A DNA stretch of 62,990 nt, counting the filler. It is 5 parts of 5 records of this genome, joined end to end, with 100 filler letters (N's around TTAATTAATTAA, not from the genome) between each part and the next. Parts side by side here need not be neighbours in the genome. Positions count along the whole stretch, not along the records: positions 27,409 to 33,850 come from DRR723986_6283; positions 33,951 to 42,392 come from DRR723986_6284; 3 more parts are not named here. One strand, 5' to 3'. The notes under the pieces are model-generated. The model was not told where the DNA came from and ran no database searches. It saw nothing but the letters and a program-made list of their open reading frames with translations. Position 1 is the stretch's first letter. Every line of letters starts with the position of its first letter. The position numbers and the translations under genes are program-made. Shown here piece by piece: positions 27,784 to 39,890 of this stretch.

Positions 27784-28212
27784 TTAGATGTCGAGTTCTT
27801 TGGGCTGCTGGGCGGCATGAGCATGCTCAGCGCCTGCGTACACTTTCAGCTTCTTGAACATGGCGCGGCCAAGCGGGCCCTTCGGAAGCATGCCTTTTAC
27901 GGCCTTCTGAATGACTTGCTCGGGAGCCTTGTCAACCAGCTTCTCGAAATTGATGGATTTGATTCCACCCGGAAAGCCGGTATGGCTGTAATACATTTTA
28001 GCCGATGCCTTTTTGCCGGTAACCTTCACCTGGCTGGCATTGATAACAATGATGTAGTCGCCAGTGTCCACGTGAGGGGTATACTCAGGCTTATGCTTGC
28101 CCCGCAGACGAAGGGCGATTTCGGTTGACAGACGACCCAGCGTCTTGCCGGCTGCGTCTACAACGTACCAGTCACGTTTTACTGTTTCTGGTTTCGCACT
28201 CAGAGTCTTCAT
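27784..28212 (-). CDS. rplM: 50S ribosomal protein L13
   Basis: [33 protein letters not shown]. Confidence 0.98.
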   Translation of the reverse strand: MKTLSAKPETVKRDWYVVDAAGKTLGRLSTEIALRLRGKHKPEYTPHVDTGDYIIVINASQVKVTGKKASAKMYYSHTGFPGGIKSINFEKLVDKAPEQVIQKAVKGMLPKGPLGRAMFKKLKVYAGAEHAHAAQQPKELDI

Positions 28213-28414
28213 TGATTCCGCCTTGAACGCTATATAAGAAACGTTAAAAACCACCACCGGTACATGCAAGGCATCCGGAGGAGGTTCATACCTGTATGTT
28301 GCGCTGCCATCATTCGGGGCTGAGATAATGACATCGCCTTGAAAAGCCAGGGCGCGAAGTATACTCGAACCCCTATCGAATGCCAACCCCGACCTATGCT
28401 GTTTCGTTAATCCC

Positions 28415-29206
28415 CTATGGTCCCGGCACCAGAGTTAGCGGATCTTTTCGGTAGAGCTTCGCGGTATTGGCCAACAGTATTTCAGCCAGCGACTCCCGGG
28501 GCTCACTCCGCAGATCTGCCAGGGCTTCAAAAATCTCCGGCAAGTGGATGGGCGAATTCTGCCCTTTCGCCACTCCGGCCGGCGCCATATCCGGCGCATC
28601 GGTTTCCAGAACCAGCGCATCCGCCGGTAACCGGGCAATGGTATCCCGGGTTTTCCGGGCCCGATCGTGGGTAATCACGCCACCCACGCCAATGTAACAA
28701 CCCAGATCAACCAGCTTTTGCGCCTGCTGATAACTACCCGAGAAGCCGTGAACCAATGCCCGCCCGTTCCATCCGGCGCGTTTCAGACTACTGTGCACCA
28801 GATCATGGCTCTTGACGGAGTGAATCACCAGCGCCAGACCGAGCCGCTGGGCAATATCAATCTGGGCCTCGAACCAGGGTTCCTGCTCAGACAGATCGCC
28901 TTTGAGGGCGTCCAGACCACACTCTCCAAGGCCAACACAGGCTTGGGGCGCGGAAGACAGCAACCTTTCAAGCTCGGCCAGATCGTCAGCGCCGTGCTCC
29001 TGAATAAACCAGGGGTGAATACCCAGACAGTACCAGAGACCCTTCTCTGCATCTGCCATGCTCGCCACACGCTGCCAGTCCTGCCGCCGGACCCCCGGAA
29101 TCACGACCGCGCAAACTCCAAGGCTGGCCGCCTGCGCCAACACCGTCTCCCGATGCCCGTCAAAAAACGGGAAATCAAAATGGCAATGGGCGTCTACCAA
29201 CTGCAT
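28415..29206 (-). CDS. TatD family hydrolase (YjjV-like)
   Basis: DAHCHFD, GIHPW, GECGLD, VHGFSGS, LETDAPD. Confidence 0.93.
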   Translation of the reverse strand: MQLVDAHCHFDFPFFDGHRETVLAQAASLGVCAVVIPGVRRQDWQRVASMADAEKGLWYCLGIHPWFIQEHGADDLAELERLLSSAPQACVGLGECGLDALKGDLSEQEPWFEAQIDIAQRLGLALVIHSVKSHDLVHSSLKRAGWNGRALVHGFSGSYQQAQKLVDLGCYIGVGGVITHDRARKTRDTIARLPADALVLETDAPDMAPAGVAKGQNSPIHLPEIFEALADLRSEPRESLAEILLANTAKLYRKDPLTLVPGP

Positions 29207-29229
29207 GGCGGCCTCCTCCCGGAAGCGAA

Positions 29230-30810
29230 TCAGTGCTCCCGGGTCTTGTGGAACTGGATATCCGGATAACGCTCCTGAGCAAGATTCAGGTTCACCATGG
29301 TCGGCGCGATGTACGCAAGGCGATCTGCGCCATCCAGTGCGACGTTGTCCTGATTCTTACGCTGGAATTCGTCCAGTTTACGCTCATCGGAACAGGTTAC
29401 CCAACGGGCAGTTGCCACGTTGATGGGCTCGTAAACCGCTTCCACCTTGTATTCACTTTTCAGGCGGGCGACAACTACATCAAACTGCAGCACACCCACC
29501 GCCCCGACGATCAGATCGTTGTTCTTCAGCGGACGGAAGACCTGAACTGCACCCTCCTCGGAAAGCTGGATCAGGCCCTTCTGTAATTGCTTGGCTTTCA
29601 GCGGATCTTTCAATCGAATGCGCCGGAACAGCTCAGGGGCGAAGTTCGGGATACCGGTAAACTTCATGTCCTCGCCCGCCGTAAAGGTATCACCCAACTG
29701 AATGGTGCCGTGGTTATGCAGGCCAATGATGTCACCGGCAAAAGCTTCTTCCGCATGCTCACGGTCACCAGCCATGAACGTGAGCGCATCGGAGAACCGA
29801 ACATCTTTACCGATACGGACGTGCCGGGCCTTCATGCCTTGATTGTAACTACCTGACACGATCCTCAGGAAAGCGATACGGTCCCGGTGCTGTGGATCCA
29901 TGTTTGCCTGAATCTTGAAGACAAAGCCGGAAAAGCCATCCTCGGTCGGGGTCACCTGGCGCACATCCGTGGCCCGGGGCTGAGGGGCCGGCGCCCAATC
30001 CACCAGACCATCAAGCATGTGATCAACACCGAAGTTGCCAAGCGCTGTTCCGAAAAACACCGGGGTCAGCTCACCAGCCAGGAAAGCCTCCTGGTCAAAT
30101 TCATGGGAAGCCCCTTTGACCAGCTCAATCTCATCACGAAGGTCGGAAGCGTAATTGCCGATGGCCTCATCCAGCTCCGGGTTGTCCAGACCTTTGACAA
30201 CACGTTTTTCCTGAATGGTATGCCCCTGGCCTGACTGATAAAGAATCACTTCGTCCCGCAGCAGGTGGTAAACCCCCTTGAACCCCTTGCCCATACCAAT
30301 GGGCCAGGTAATCGGCGCACAGGCAATCTTCAGTACGTCTTCCACTTCGTCCATCAACTCGATGGGGTCCCTGGTATCCCGGTCCAGCTTGTTCATGAAG
30401 GTAAGGATCGGGGTGTCACGCAGGCGGGTCACCTCCATCAGCTTGATGGTGCGCTCCTCAACCCCTTTGGCACTGTCAATCACCATCAGACAGGAGTCGA
30501 CGGCGGTCAGTGTCCGGTAGGTATCCTCGGAGAAATCTTCGTGACCCGGTGTATCCAGCAGGTTGACCAGCTTTCCACCATAGGGAAACTGCATCACCGA
30601 CGTGGTGACGGAAATACCCCGTTCTTTTTCCATCTCCATCCAGTCAGACTTGGCGTGCTGTCCGGATTTTTTGCCCTTGACGGTTCCCGCCTTCTGCAGG
30701 GCCTGGCCGAACAACAGCACCTTCTCTGTGATGGTGGTCTTACCGGCATCCGGGTGCGAGATGATCGCAAAGGTGCGGCGCTTGGCCACTTCATGGGAAA
30801 GGTTAGGCAT
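29230..30810 (-). CDS. prfC: Peptide chain release factor 3
   Basis: [39 protein letters not shown]. Confidence 0.98.
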   Translation of the reverse strand: MPNLSHEVAKRRTFAIISHPDAGKTTITEKVLLFGQALQKAGTVKGKKSGQHAKSDWMEMEKERGISVTTSVMQFPYGGKLVNLLDTPGHEDFSEDTYRTLTAVDSCLMVIDSAKGVEERTIKLMEVTRLRDTPILTFMNKLDRDTRDPIELMDEVEDVLKIACAPITWPIGMGKGFKGVYHLLRDEVILYQSGQGHTIQEKRVVKGLDNPELDEAIGNYASDLRDEIELVKGASHEFDQEAFLAGELTPVFFGTALGNFGVDHMLDGLVDWAPAPQPRATDVRQVTPTEDGFSGFVFKIQANMDPQHRDRIAFLRIVSGSYNQGMKARHVRIGKDVRFSDALTFMAGDREHAEEAFAGDIIGLHNHGTIQLGDTFTAGEDMKFTGIPNFAPELFRRIRLKDPLKAKQLQKGLIQLSEEGAVQVFRPLKNNDLIVGAVGVLQFDVVVARLKSEYKVEAVYEPINVATARWVTCSDERKLDEFQRKNQDNVALDGADRLAYIAPTMVNLNLAQERYPDIQFHKTREH

Positions 30811-30871
30811 AAACTCTGGTGACCTGAATCGAGATGGATGAAAGCCGAGCATTATACGGCCTATACCGTCC

Positions 30872-31354
30872 TCAGGTGAACCGCAGCGCCATGACCAGCG
30901 CATCTTCCCGTGCAGCGCCATCGGGATAATAGCCGGCCCTTCTGCCGATTTCAGAGAAACCCTCACTCAGATAGAGCTGGGTGGCGGCATCATTGCTAAC
31001 CCGCACTTCCAGAATCAGTTGTTCCATGCCATCCGACACCGCGACAGCGATCAGATGCCGTAGCAACCAGCGCCCGACACCCTGACCACGCACACGGGGA
31101 CTGACGCAGATATTCAGCAGGTGGGCTTCGTCGACCATATAGGTCACCACCGCATAGCCAATCAGCTCATCGCTACGCTCAGCGGCCCAGAGCCTGTAAT
31201 TCGGCTTAAAACAGTCAAGAAAAGTCGATTTCGGCCACGGATGGGAGTGTCCTTGACACTCCAGCTCCATGACCGCCGTCAGGTCTGCCTCGACCAGAGG
31301 GCGTACCCGGACATCCTGGTTGTGCACGTCGAGAAAAGGCTGTGATGCTTTCAT
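30872..31354 (-). CDS. rimI: Ribosomal protein alanine N-acetyltransferase
   Basis: [26 protein letters not shown]...EDALVM. Confidence 0.93.
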   Translation of the reverse strand: MKASQPFLDVHNQDVRVRPLVEADLTAVMELECQGHSHPWPKSTFLDCFKPNYRLWAAERSDELIGYAVVTYMVDEAHLLNICVSPRVRGQGVGRWLLRHLIAVAVSDGMEQLILEVRVSNDAATQLYLSEGFSEIGRRAGYYPDGAAREDALVMALRFT

Positions 31355-32181
31355 CGGCCAGGTACGAGAACCCGAATCGATTGCCAGAGCAGTCGCTTCT
31401 GGGAGGGGTCTGATGCCAGTGATGCGAGGGTGCTGGAAAACGCAATCTCCGGCACCCGCCCCAGGCCACGCTCGATCAACCGTGCCTGAGTTTCGTCGCC
31501 AAGCCCCAGCGTTATTAGCGTTTCTGTCGGGGCGTCGCCAGCAAAAGCAGAGGCTATGACTGAGACAAGATCGCTTTCACTGTTGAGCGTCACTTTCAGG
31601 TTATTGAACAAGGGCCAGCGCACTATTCTGCATTGAGACACCCCGGTCTCTCCAATGCTTCGCAATATGTTACGAGCCAGATTTTCCTGCAAGGCAAAAC
31701 TGGCGTCCTCTGCAATATGGCACAAGAGCATGACCCGGGAGCCTTTCCAGGCAGTCAGACACACCCGGTGCACGGGCTCCGGCCGTTGCACTTCTACTGG
31801 TTCCGAGGCCGGCAGGGAAGCCTCTGGCTCCGTTTCTGGAGTTTCAGACCGAGGCTCGGTGGCAGGTGGAGCTTTCACTGGGTCCGCGGCCTGTTGCCCA
31901 GCGCTGTCCGCCTTCTGCACGGATTCAGGCTTGTTGCCCATCAGGCTCTGGAGCTGAGCAATGCGCTCCCGCCCCTGGTCCCCAGACAGCGGCTCAGATT
32001 TACGCCCAATCCGAGGAATCTCCGACGCGGGCTGGAATTGCGGCTCGTCCTCCACTCCGAAATCAAAGTCGGGGCTTGGCGCCGCACCAGGCAAACTCTC
32101 GCGGGCATACCACATCCGAATGCCTGCCGCCGCCAGATAGAACTGCCGCTCCGCCTCATTCCCTATCACGAATCCCTCCAT
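31351..32181 (-). CDS. Hypothetical protein, possible divergent DNA Pol III psi (HolD-like)
   Basis: RQFYLAAAGIRMWYAR N-terminal motif, Pro/Glu-rich linker, ATGA coupling to rimI. Confidence 0.5.
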   Translation of the reverse strand: MEGFVIGNEAERQFYLAAAGIRMWYARESLPGAAPSPDFDFGVEDEPQFQPASEIPRIGRKSEPLSGDQGRERIAQLQSLMGNKPESVQKADSAGQQAADPVKAPPATEPRSETPETEPEASLPASEPVEVQRPEPVHRVCLTAWKGSRVMLLCHIAEDASFALQENLARNILRSIGETGVSQCRIVRWPLFNNLKVTLNSESDLVSVIASAFAGDAPTETLITLGLGDETQARLIERGLGRVPEIAFSSTLASLASDPSQKRLLWQSIRVLVPGR

Positions 32182-32199
32182 GGCAATCCTTCGGGCGCT

Positions 32200-33750
32200 T
32201 TAAACATCAGCCACCTGGGGATGTTGGCGAATACCGCCACTGGAAATCAGGTTCAGAGCTTCAATGTAGGCCTTCGCCGACGCAATAATGATGTCGGTAT
32301 CCGATCCAACGCCGTTCACAATACGGCCGCCCCGCTCAAGACGAACGGTGACTTCCCCCTGAGCATCAGTGCCGCTGGTAATATTGTTGACCGAATACAG
32401 TTGCAGGTTACACCCGGAATCCACCAGAGATTCAATGGCCTTGAAAGTTGCGTCTACAGGACCGCTGCCCTCAGCCTCTACCGTGTGTTCCTTACCGTCC
32501 ACGGTCATGGTCAGATGCGCCTTGGGCACAACGCCGGTTTCAGAACAGACCTGCATGCAGACCAGACCGAAGCGGCCTTCTTCCTCCTTTTGCTTGGTAT
32601 CGCTGGCAATCGCCTGCAGATCTTCATCAAAGATCTCATGCTTGAGGTCGGCCAGTGCCTTGAAGCGGGTGAAGGCCTCATTCAACTCCCCTTCGGTTTC
32701 AAACTGGATACCAAGCTCCAGTAGTCTCGTACGGAAGGCATTGCGGCCGGAATGCTTACCTAAAACCAGGCTATTGGTATGCCAGCCTACGTCCTGTGCC
32801 CGCATGATCTCGTAGGTTTCGCGATGTTTGAGCACGCCATCCTGATGGATGCCGGACTCATGGGCAAAAGCATTGGCACCGACGATCGCCTTGTTGGGTT
32901 GAACAGGAAACCCGGTAATGGTGGACACCAGACGTGATGCCGGGACGATATGCTGGGTGTCTATGCGGGTATCAATATTGAAGAGATCCTGGCGGGTACG
33001 AACCGCCATGACTATTTCTTCCAGCGCTGCGTTACCTGCCCGTTCGCCCAGACCATTGATAGTACATTCGACCTGACGGGCACCGTGGGTAACCGCAGCC
33101 AGCGAGTTGGCTACCGCAAGCCCCAGGTCGTTATGGCAATGGACTGAAAAAACAGCCTTGTCTGCATTCGGGATACGGTTCAGTAACTGACGGATGGTCT
33201 CACCAAACTGTTCAGGAATGGCATAGCCCACGGTATCAGGGATGTTGATGGTACGGGCGCCGGCATCGATAGCGGCTTCAATGATGCGACAAAGAAAATC
33301 CAGCTCTGACCGCCCGGCGTCTTCACAGGAGAACTCGACGTCATCAACGTGGCTACGCGCCCGCTTGACAGCGCGCACGGCTTGCTCGACCACCTCATCT
33401 GGCTCCATCTGAAGTTTATGCTTCATATGGATGGGCGAGGTGGCAATAAAGGTATGGATACGGGAGCGCTCGGCAGGGCGGATCGCTTCAGCGGCCCTGT
33501 CGATATCCTTGTCCAACGCACGAGCCAGACTGCAGACAGTGGATTCTTTGATGTTCTCGGCAATAGCCTTGACTGCATCAAAGTCGCCCTGGCTGGCAAT
33601 GGCAAACCCCGCCTCGATAACGTCTACGCGAAGCTTCTCGAGCGCCTTGGCAATGCGGAGTTTTTCCGCCTTGTTCATGGTGGCGCCCGGACTTTGCTCG
33701 CCATCACGCAGAGTGGTATCAAAAATGACCAGGTGTTCACTAGCGGCCAT
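32200..33750 (-). CDS. leuA: 2-isopropylmalate synthase
   Basis: [38 protein letters not shown], regulatory domain. Confidence 0.97.
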   Translation of the reverse strand: MAASEHLVIFDTTLRDGEQSPGATMNKAEKLRIAKALEKLRVDVIEAGFAIASQGDFDAVKAIAENIKESTVCSLARALDKDIDRAAEAIRPAERSRIHTFIATSPIHMKHKLQMEPDEVVEQAVRAVKRARSHVDDVEFSCEDAGRSELDFLCRIIEAAIDAGARTINIPDTVGYAIPEQFGETIRQLLNRIPNADKAVFSVHCHNDLGLAVANSLAAVTHGARQVECTINGLGERAGNAALEEIVMAVRTRQDLFNIDTRIDTQHIVPASRLVSTITGFPVQPNKAIVGANAFAHESGIHQDGVLKHRETYEIMRAQDVGWHTNSLVLGKHSGRNAFRTRLLELGIQFETEGELNEAFTRFKALADLKHEIFDEDLQAIASDTKQKEEEGRFGLVCMQVCSETGVVPKAHLTMTVDGKEHTVEAEGSGPVDATFKAIESLVDSGCNLQLYSVNNITSGTDAQGEVTVRLERGGRIVNGVGSDTDIIIASAKAYIEALNLISSGGIRQHPQVADV

Positions 33751-33818
33751 TGCTGGGCTCCCATCAGAAACGTTGCTTTGATTTTCGGTGAAGTATATCA
33801 CTTCTCCGGAGCCAGAAA

Positions 33819-33850
33819 TAAAAAACCCCCGACAGCTTCGCTGTCGGGGG
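33819..33850 (-). terminator. Terminator hairpin upstream of leuA (possible attenuator)
   Basis: Minus strand CCCCCGACAGC-gaa-GCTGTCGGGGG-TTTTTT ~70 nt before the leuA start. Confidence 0.6.
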
Positions 33851-33950
33851 NNNNNNNNNNNNNNNNNNNNNNNNNNNNNNNNNNNNNNNNNNNNTTAATT
33901 AATTAANNNNNNNNNNNNNNNNNNNNNNNNNNNNNNNNNNNNNNNNNNNN
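33851..33950. other. Artificial contig linker
   Basis: N/TTAATTAATTAA/N. Confidence 0.99.
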
Positions 33951-34212
33951 CCACGAGCCGGTGAAAGATTTCGACAAACACATCCCGAACATGATCGGCT
34001 TCCACCGCCGTTACATTGCTTCCAAGAAAGTCTGTCGTCTTTGGGCCAACATGGTTCGAGACATGGACGTGTCGATGATCGTGCCCCAGCATGGCAAGCG
34101 CTTTGAAGGCCCGGTGATGATTGATCGCTTCCTTAACTGGGTCAGCGATATGGATTGTGGCATTGATCTGGTATCCCAGGACAACTATCGCCAGCCGGTG
34201 GAATACGTGTAA
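33951..34212 (+). CDS. C-terminus of an MBL-fold (FprA/ODP-like) protein
   Basis: GFHRRYI, MIVPQHG, CGIDL motifs; 5' truncated. Confidence 0.7.
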
Positions 34213-34332
34213 CAACCCGGTTCCGCAGGGACGCGGAACTACCTCCCGGCAAAAGCTGCGAAATCAGGCCTGTTGCAATCCGCTCAGGTTCAGTAAAATC
34301 CGCCTTTTCACTGAACCCTAGAGGCAGCGAAT

Positions 34333-35058
34333 ATGGGCAGAGCCTACCAAAACCGCAAAGAATCCATGGCCAAAACGGCCGCCGCGAAAACCAAGGTTTA
34401 CAGCAAGTACGGCCGCGAGATCTACATGGCCGCCAAGGCTGGTGGCATCGACCCGCAAGCCAACCTTTCCCTGCGCGGGCTGATCGAGCGGGCCAAGAAA
34501 GACCAGGTGCCCACCCACGTTATTGAAAAAGCCATCGACAAAGCCAAGGGTGGTGCAGGCGAAGACTATGCGCCGGCCCGCTACGAAGGCTACGGCCCGG
34601 GCAACTGCATGGTCATCGTGGACTGCCTGACCGACAACCCGAACCGCACCTTTGGCGATGTTCGCCTGGCATTCACCAAAACCAAGTGCAAGATCGGCAC
34701 CCCGGGCGCCGTGGCCCACATGTTTGATCACTGCGCCATCTTTGCATTTGCCGGCCAGGATGAAGAAGCCGTACTGGAAGCCCTGATGGAAGCCGACGTG
34801 GACGTTACCGACATCGAAAGCGAAGACGGCAAAATCACGGTATTCACCCCGAACACCGAATACGCCAAAGCCAAACAGGCTCTGGAGGCCGCGTTTGAAG
34901 GCATTGAGTTCGATGTGGACGAGATCCAGTTCCTGCCAAAAACCACCACCGTGGTAGAAGGCGACGACATCCCGATGTTCGAGAAATTCCTCGACATGCT
35001 GAACGATCTGGACGACGTACAGAACGTATTCCACAACGCAGAACTGCCGCAGGAATAA
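34333..35058 (+). CDS. YebC/PmpR family protein
   Basis: [27 protein letters not shown]. Confidence 0.95.
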   Translation: MGRAYQNRKESMAKTAAAKTKVYSKYGREIYMAAKAGGIDPQANLSLRGLIERAKKDQVPTHVIEKAIDKAKGGAGEDYAPARYEGYGPGNCMVIVDCLTDNPNRTFGDVRLAFTKTKCKIGTPGAVAHMFDHCAIFAFAGQDEEAVLEALMEADVDVTDIESEDGKITVFTPNTEYAKAKQALEAAFEGIEFDVDEIQFLPKTTTVVEGDDIPMFEKFLDMLNDLDDVQNVFHNAELPQE

Positions 35059-35111
35059 CCTCTGCTGGCAAAGTGTAGTCACAGGGGCGCGACAGGGCGG
35101 AGGTAGCAGGC

Positions 35112-35837
35112 GTGGAAAAGCCAAAGGTTATTATCCTGAAAACAGGCTCAACCTACCCGCAGATACGGGATCAGTTTGGTGATTTCGACGCCTGGTTCCT
35201 CCGCAACCTCAACGGTGATCTTGACGTTACCGTGCTGGATGCCGTGCAAACGCCACCCGCGTCTGCTCCCAGCGACTGGGCTGGTATCGTCATTACCGGC
35301 TCGCCGGCAATGGTCAGCGACAAAGCGCCCTGGAGCGAAGAAACCGCCCGCTGGATAAAACAGGCGGTCGAGGCCAAGGTTCCACTTCTCGGAGTCTGCT
35401 ATGGCCACCAGTTGCTGGCCCACGCTATGGGTGGCAAGGCAGACTACCATCCGAAAGGCCGCGAGACCGGCACGCACACCGTGCGATTGCTCGACAGCGC
35501 CAGTTCAGACCCCCTGTTCAGTCAGTTGCCGGCAGAATTCCCCGCCCACCTGACCCACAAGCAATCAGCACTTGAGCTCCCTCCGGGGGCTGTACTGCTG
35601 GCCAATTCAGCCTTCGAGCCACACCAGGCCTTCCGGGTTGGCGAACATGCCTGGGGCGTGCAGTTTCATCCGGAGTTCACCGAAGCCATCATGAAAGCCT
35701 ACCTCGAAGTCCAATTTCCGGACATCGTCGCCGAGGGCCTGGACGCCCAGAGCCTGCTGCAGGGCGTGCGCCCTGCCCCTGATGCCAATCACCTGCTCCA
35801 ATTGTTTTCTGAGTACATCAGTCAAAGGAAGAGCTGA
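35112..35837 (+). CDS. Class I glutamine amidotransferase
   Basis: ITGS, GVCYGHQ, GVQFHPE triad. Confidence 0.92.
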   Translation: MEKPKVIILKTGSTYPQIRDQFGDFDAWFLRNLNGDLDVTVLDAVQTPPASAPSDWAGIVITGSPAMVSDKAPWSEETARWIKQAVEAKVPLLGVCYGHQLLAHAMGGKADYHPKGRETGTHTVRLLDSASSDPLFSQLPAEFPAHLTHKQSALELPPGAVLLANSAFEPHQAFRVGEHAWGVQFHPEFTEAIMKAYLEVQFPDIVAEGLDAQSLLQGVRPAPDANHLLQLFSEYISQRKS

Positions 35838-36505
35838 GCAGGTTTGCGTACAAGCACAACGTCTTTCACGGGAATCTCCATATGCCAGCCATAATGCTGG
35901 GCCAGCCAACGGAATGTCTGCTCACGGTAGAAGACCACATGGGTGGGATCGCGCCGATAATGCCAGTTATCGAAACGCGTATCGTCCGTCTGGAAGCAGG
36001 TCATGATGCCTAGCCAGCCTCCGGGCCGGAGGAGGCTGTCCAGCATTCGGAACACCTCCGCGGGCTGATAGAGATGCTCGACAACCTCGGTACAGGTAAT
36101 AACATCGTACTGCCGGTCCAGTGCAGCGGCATCCGGATAAAAGAACGGATCGTACAAAGCCATGTGCAATCCCGCTTCCTCCAGCATTCTGGCCAATGCC
36201 GGGCCCGGGCCACAGCCGAAGTCCAGCCCCCGCGCTCCGGGTTCAACACGCCCCAGCAGAGGCTGGGCCAGCTTTGAAAGAAAGCGCCGGTAGCCGGGAT
36301 CGTCCGCATTGTTGTTGTGCAATTCATAGACGGCTCGTTCCCGAGAGTTGTGGAGCCTGCACTCGGGGGCCATCACCGTGGCTTCACAGTGGTCACAACG
36401 AAAATAACGGTGCGGACCCACTTCGCGAAACGGCACCAGTTCAGCGTTTTCACACACTGTGCAGAGTGCCTCCTGCAACGCGGACGATTGCGGTCTTTCG
36501 ATCAT
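35822..36505 (-). CDS. Class I SAM-dependent methyltransferase with N-terminal Zn ribbon
   Basis: CTVC/CDHC, LDFGCGPG, TEVVEH, YRRDPTHV. Confidence 0.9.
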   Translation of the reverse strand: MIERPQSSALQEALCTVCENAELVPFREVGPHRYFRCDHCEATVMAPECRLHNSRERAVYELHNNNADDPGYRRFLSKLAQPLLGRVEPGARGLDFGCGPGPALARMLEEAGLHMALYDPFFYPDAAALDRQYDVITCTEVVEHLYQPAEVFRMLDSLLRPGGWLGIMTCFQTDDTRFDNWHYRRDPTHVVFYREQTFRWLAQHYGWHMEIPVKDVVLVRKPAQLFL

Positions 36506-36704
36506 GAACGTTTCAACCTGACAAAAGTTTCATTGTCATATCCGGCCATGCGGCGAGTTTGTGACCGGATACGTAAAAGCACCACTTATGCGCTGCCTAT
36601 ACTGGCGCCAAACAAGAAGAGGAGTGGCTTGTACCTCTTGAATGATAGCAACCCTAAAACTAAAGAATAAACGCATGGGGATTCCCCGGCTCAGAGACAC
36701 GAAC

Positions 36705-37727
36705 ATGGAAACGTCATCCGAACTTGCACTGGAAGTGCCGATCGTCTCGGCCCGCTACGCCCGCCGGTTTGTCAGCTTTATGGAACACCGGGGAGTAAAA
36801 CGGCATACCATTCTTGCTAACACCGGCATCACAGACGATATGCTGGAAAATCCGGACGCCAGCCTGTCTATGCACCAGGTAATGGATTTACTGCGCCAGG
36901 CCGACTGGTTAATGACCGACGAACGCGCGGCGTTCGAGTTTGGCCAACAGCTTGATTTACCAAGCCACGGACTACTCGGGTTTGCCATGCTGGGCCAGGA
37001 GAACCCGCGACGCCTGGTGAGTATGATTGTACAGTACCTGCGCGTTGGCCTTCCTTTAATGGACATGGAACTGGAGTCCACCGGCTCGACCTTTCGTATC
37101 CGACTCTCAGACACTTGGGGGGTTGGAGATTTAAGGCCCTGCCTGACAAAAATCTATATGGGGAGCATTCATCGTATTTCTTGCCAGGTCTGCAGCCACT
37201 TTAACTTCCAGTTCGATTTCTCCACTACCGCCTCGCTTGAGGACTGGCAGCTACTTGCACCGGAGGGAGAGTTCGAGTTCGACGCTCCGGTTTCCCAGGT
37301 CACGATGCCACTAAGCGGTGCTCCCACACACAGGAGCGAAGCGAATCTGGAATTCCTGGTCGCCCGCACCCGCCATCACCGGAAACCAGGCAATCTGGAA
37401 GCCGACGAGACCGCCATGCAAGTTCGTGAACTGATCATGAGCCAGCCCGGCCGTCCCTGCACCACCGAAAATATTGCCCGGCGACTGGACATTAGCCCAC
37501 GCACCCTCCGCCAGCATCTTGCCAGCGCCGGCACATCGTTCAGGGAATTACGAAACGAAATTCGCGAAAGCTTCGCCACCCTTTACCTGAAAGACACCAA
37601 CGTACCGTTGGAGTCCATCTCTGAGAAGCTGGGGTTCAGTGACCAGGCCGGTTTTACCAAAGCCTATCGGTCCTGGACGGGCACAACCCCTGGCGACGTT
37701 CGGCGGCAAGCCCGCTCAAAAAAGTGA
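36705..37727 (+). CDS. AraC family transcriptional regulator (OruR/ArgR-like)
   Basis: HGLLGFA N-domain; SPRTLRQHL, LGFSDQAGFTKAYRSWTGTTP; start uncertain. Confidence 0.92.
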   Translation: METSSELALEVPIVSARYARRFVSFMEHRGVKRHTILANTGITDDMLENPDASLSMHQVMDLLRQADWLMTDERAAFEFGQQLDLPSHGLLGFAMLGQENPRRLVSMIVQYLRVGLPLMDMELESTGSTFRIRLSDTWGVGDLRPCLTKIYMGSIHRISCQVCSHFNFQFDFSTTASLEDWQLLAPEGEFEFDAPVSQVTMPLSGAPTHRSEANLEFLVARTRHHRKPGNLEADETAMQVRELIMSQPGRPCTTENIARRLDISPRTLRQHLASAGTSFRELRNEIRESFATLYLKDTNVPLESISEKLGFSDQAGFTKAYRSWTGTTPGDVRRQARSKK

Positions 37728-37970
37728 ACACAGCTCACTTTTCGTTTTGACACCGTTCACGGTTTAGACAATCCCTTCGCCTCTCTCCGCTTTGAACAAT
37801 AACGGTGCCGCGACAAGCAATGACCCGCGGCACCCTCTCCCCGTCTAATAACGCTGCACTCATACGTGAACACGTATGGCAAAGGGATCTTTGCAAGTCC
37901 GATTGAGCAGTCCTTATCGGTGTTGTCTGCAACCCACTACAACAAATAACGACGTACAGAGGACGAACTC

Positions 37971-39794
37971 ATGAAACTCAGGAACCTCAATACGAGTGTC
38001 CGCAAGCTCGGCCCCGCGATTGCCGCGGCGGCTTTGATGGCGGGGGGCGCAGGTAATGCCGCCGCTGAACAAGTGTCCACTGAACTGGCATTTGAGTGCC
38101 CGTTTCCACTCATTGGGGATCAACCGATCCGTGCCACTATCAGTGCTGACATTCCATCAGTGGTATCAGTAGGCGAAACGATACCCGCATTCACAGTCGA
38201 CGCGATCACGGTCGTCAACGATGACGCTCGAACTGGCCTGAAACTGGTTCAGTCAGCCACCCTTGAAGGCGTTGCCACGAGCTTCAACAGTGTTATTACC
38301 CCGGGCAGAACGGTAGAACAGATCGTCACTCTGGACATACCACCAACACCGGTCCCGGATACCTCCGGAGAATTCAATGTTCCGGCTACTGGCAGTTCAC
38401 CGGAATTCCTGGTTACCGGAGACGACGTCGGCGAATTGGAAATCAGAGTGGGCGCTCTGCGGCTGGACCTGATCGCGCGCACCGCCAACGGCGACATCGC
38501 CCCCGCACCAATCGGCGAAATCACAACCGACTGTGTTCAGCTACCAGACCAGAACAACCTTCTTCAGACAGTGACTGTAGGCGGAGACGTTGTCGAAACA
38601 CCTCGCATCAGCATTACGCCTGAAGACATCAGCTTTGGATCAGTACAGGCTGGCCTCAGTGCGCAGCAGAGTGTGACCATTACTAACACTGGCAACACCG
38701 GCCTTGGCCTCACCAACATCTTCGTTGATGGAACCGACGCCGATGTATTCACTGTTACCAATCAGTGCGGCTCCAGCCTGGCGCCTGAAGCTTCATGCGC
38801 TGTTGACGTAACCTTTGCTCCAAGCACCGAAGGTACTCGCAACGCTACTCTGACCATCGAATCTACCGATCCGGAGAACGAGTCTGTAAGCGTTCCGCTC
38901 TCTGGCAAGGGAACTCTGGCACCCACTCCGGAAATTTCGGTAACACCGGAATCCGTTGATCTGGGCCGCGTTCTGTCAGGCACCAGCGCAGCGGCACAGG
39001 TTACCGTAGACAACAACGGCAACGCTGCTCTGCAGATTGATAGCATCACCCTGACTGGCGCCAATGCGGCGGATTTCATTCAGACCAATGACTGCACAAC
39101 GGTCGCCGCAGGTGAAAGCTGCACCATTGATCTGAACTACACCGCCGGGGCACCGGGTGTAAGCAACGCAACGCTTGTCGTTCGCTCCAACGACCCGGAA
39201 ACTGCGGAAACCTCTGTCAGCGTCACAGCCGAGTCTTACGAGGAACCGACAGGAGGTTCCGAACTTGAGCTGCTGCTCGGCCTGCAGGGCTCTACTCTGA
39301 TCAATGCAACCGGAGGCACCCTGCCGCTAAACGGTTCCATTGCGACACTGCTGGACATTGCCTCAGGCACCTTTGAAGCCGATCTGGAAGTACTGCCTAC
39401 CTCTGGCAACTTCTCCATCAAACTGCTTTTCAGCAAGATCAATGCGGCAGCCAACGTGGAGTTTGAGCAGGCAGAGGTCACCACCGGCACACTTGTGAAT
39501 GGCAAGTTGACCGCAAATTCCAAGCTGTATGTGAAAGTACCCAAGGTTGCCATCAAGCTTGGCTGGCTGCCAATTCGCATCGGTGGCGGTTCCGAGTGCC
39601 AAACCCGTGAACCGATCAACATCGAACTCAAATCCGTTGAAGGCTCTAACTTCTCCCCGGCAACGGGCGGCGAGGTCAGCGGCGTCTACGAACTGGGCGC
39701 TCTGGAGAACTGCGGGCTGCTCACCAGCTTGCTCAACCAGTTCATGACTGGCCCGGGCAACACCATCAACCTTGAGCTCACTCCGCAATTCTGA
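37971..39794 (+). CDS. Secreted beta-rich protein: DUF6801-like N-domain, two choice-of-anchor-D/ASH Ig repeats, C-terminal beta domain
   Basis: Signal peptide; FECPFPLIG; two FGSV/LGRV..VT..NTG/NNG..L..C..C repeats; terminal CGLLT..GPGNTINL. Confidence 0.7.
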   Translation: MKLRNLNTSVRKLGPAIAAAALMAGGAGNAAAEQVSTELAFECPFPLIGDQPIRATISADIPSVVSVGETIPAFTVDAITVVNDDARTGLKLVQSATLEGVATSFNSVITPGRTVEQIVTLDIPPTPVPDTSGEFNVPATGSSPEFLVTGDDVGELEIRVGALRLDLIARTANGDIAPAPIGEITTDCVQLPDQNNLLQTVTVGGDVVETPRISITPEDISFGSVQAGLSAQQSVTITNTGNTGLGLTNIFVDGTDADVFTVTNQCGSSLAPEASCAVDVTFAPSTEGTRNATLTIESTDPENESVSVPLSGKGTLAPTPEISVTPESVDLGRVLSGTSAAAQVTVDNNGNAALQIDSITLTGANAADFIQTNDCTTVAAGESCTIDLNYTAGAPGVSNATLVVRSNDPETAETSVSVTAESYEEPTGGSELELLLGLQGSTLINATGGTLPLNGSIATLLDIASGTFEADLEVLPTSGNFSIKLLFSKINAAANVEFEQAEVTTGTLVNGKLTANSKLYVKVPKVAIKLGWLPIRIGGGSECQTREPINIELKSVEGSNFSPATGGEVSGVYELGALENCGLLTSLLNQFMTGPGNTINLELTPQF

Positions 39795-39890
39795 GGAATT
39801 CCGGCACTGCCGGAAGCAGGTTCACGGCTAGCGCTCGCTGGCCGTGGACCTCATACGCAGTAAAAACAAAATCAAAAAAGGAACAATGCA

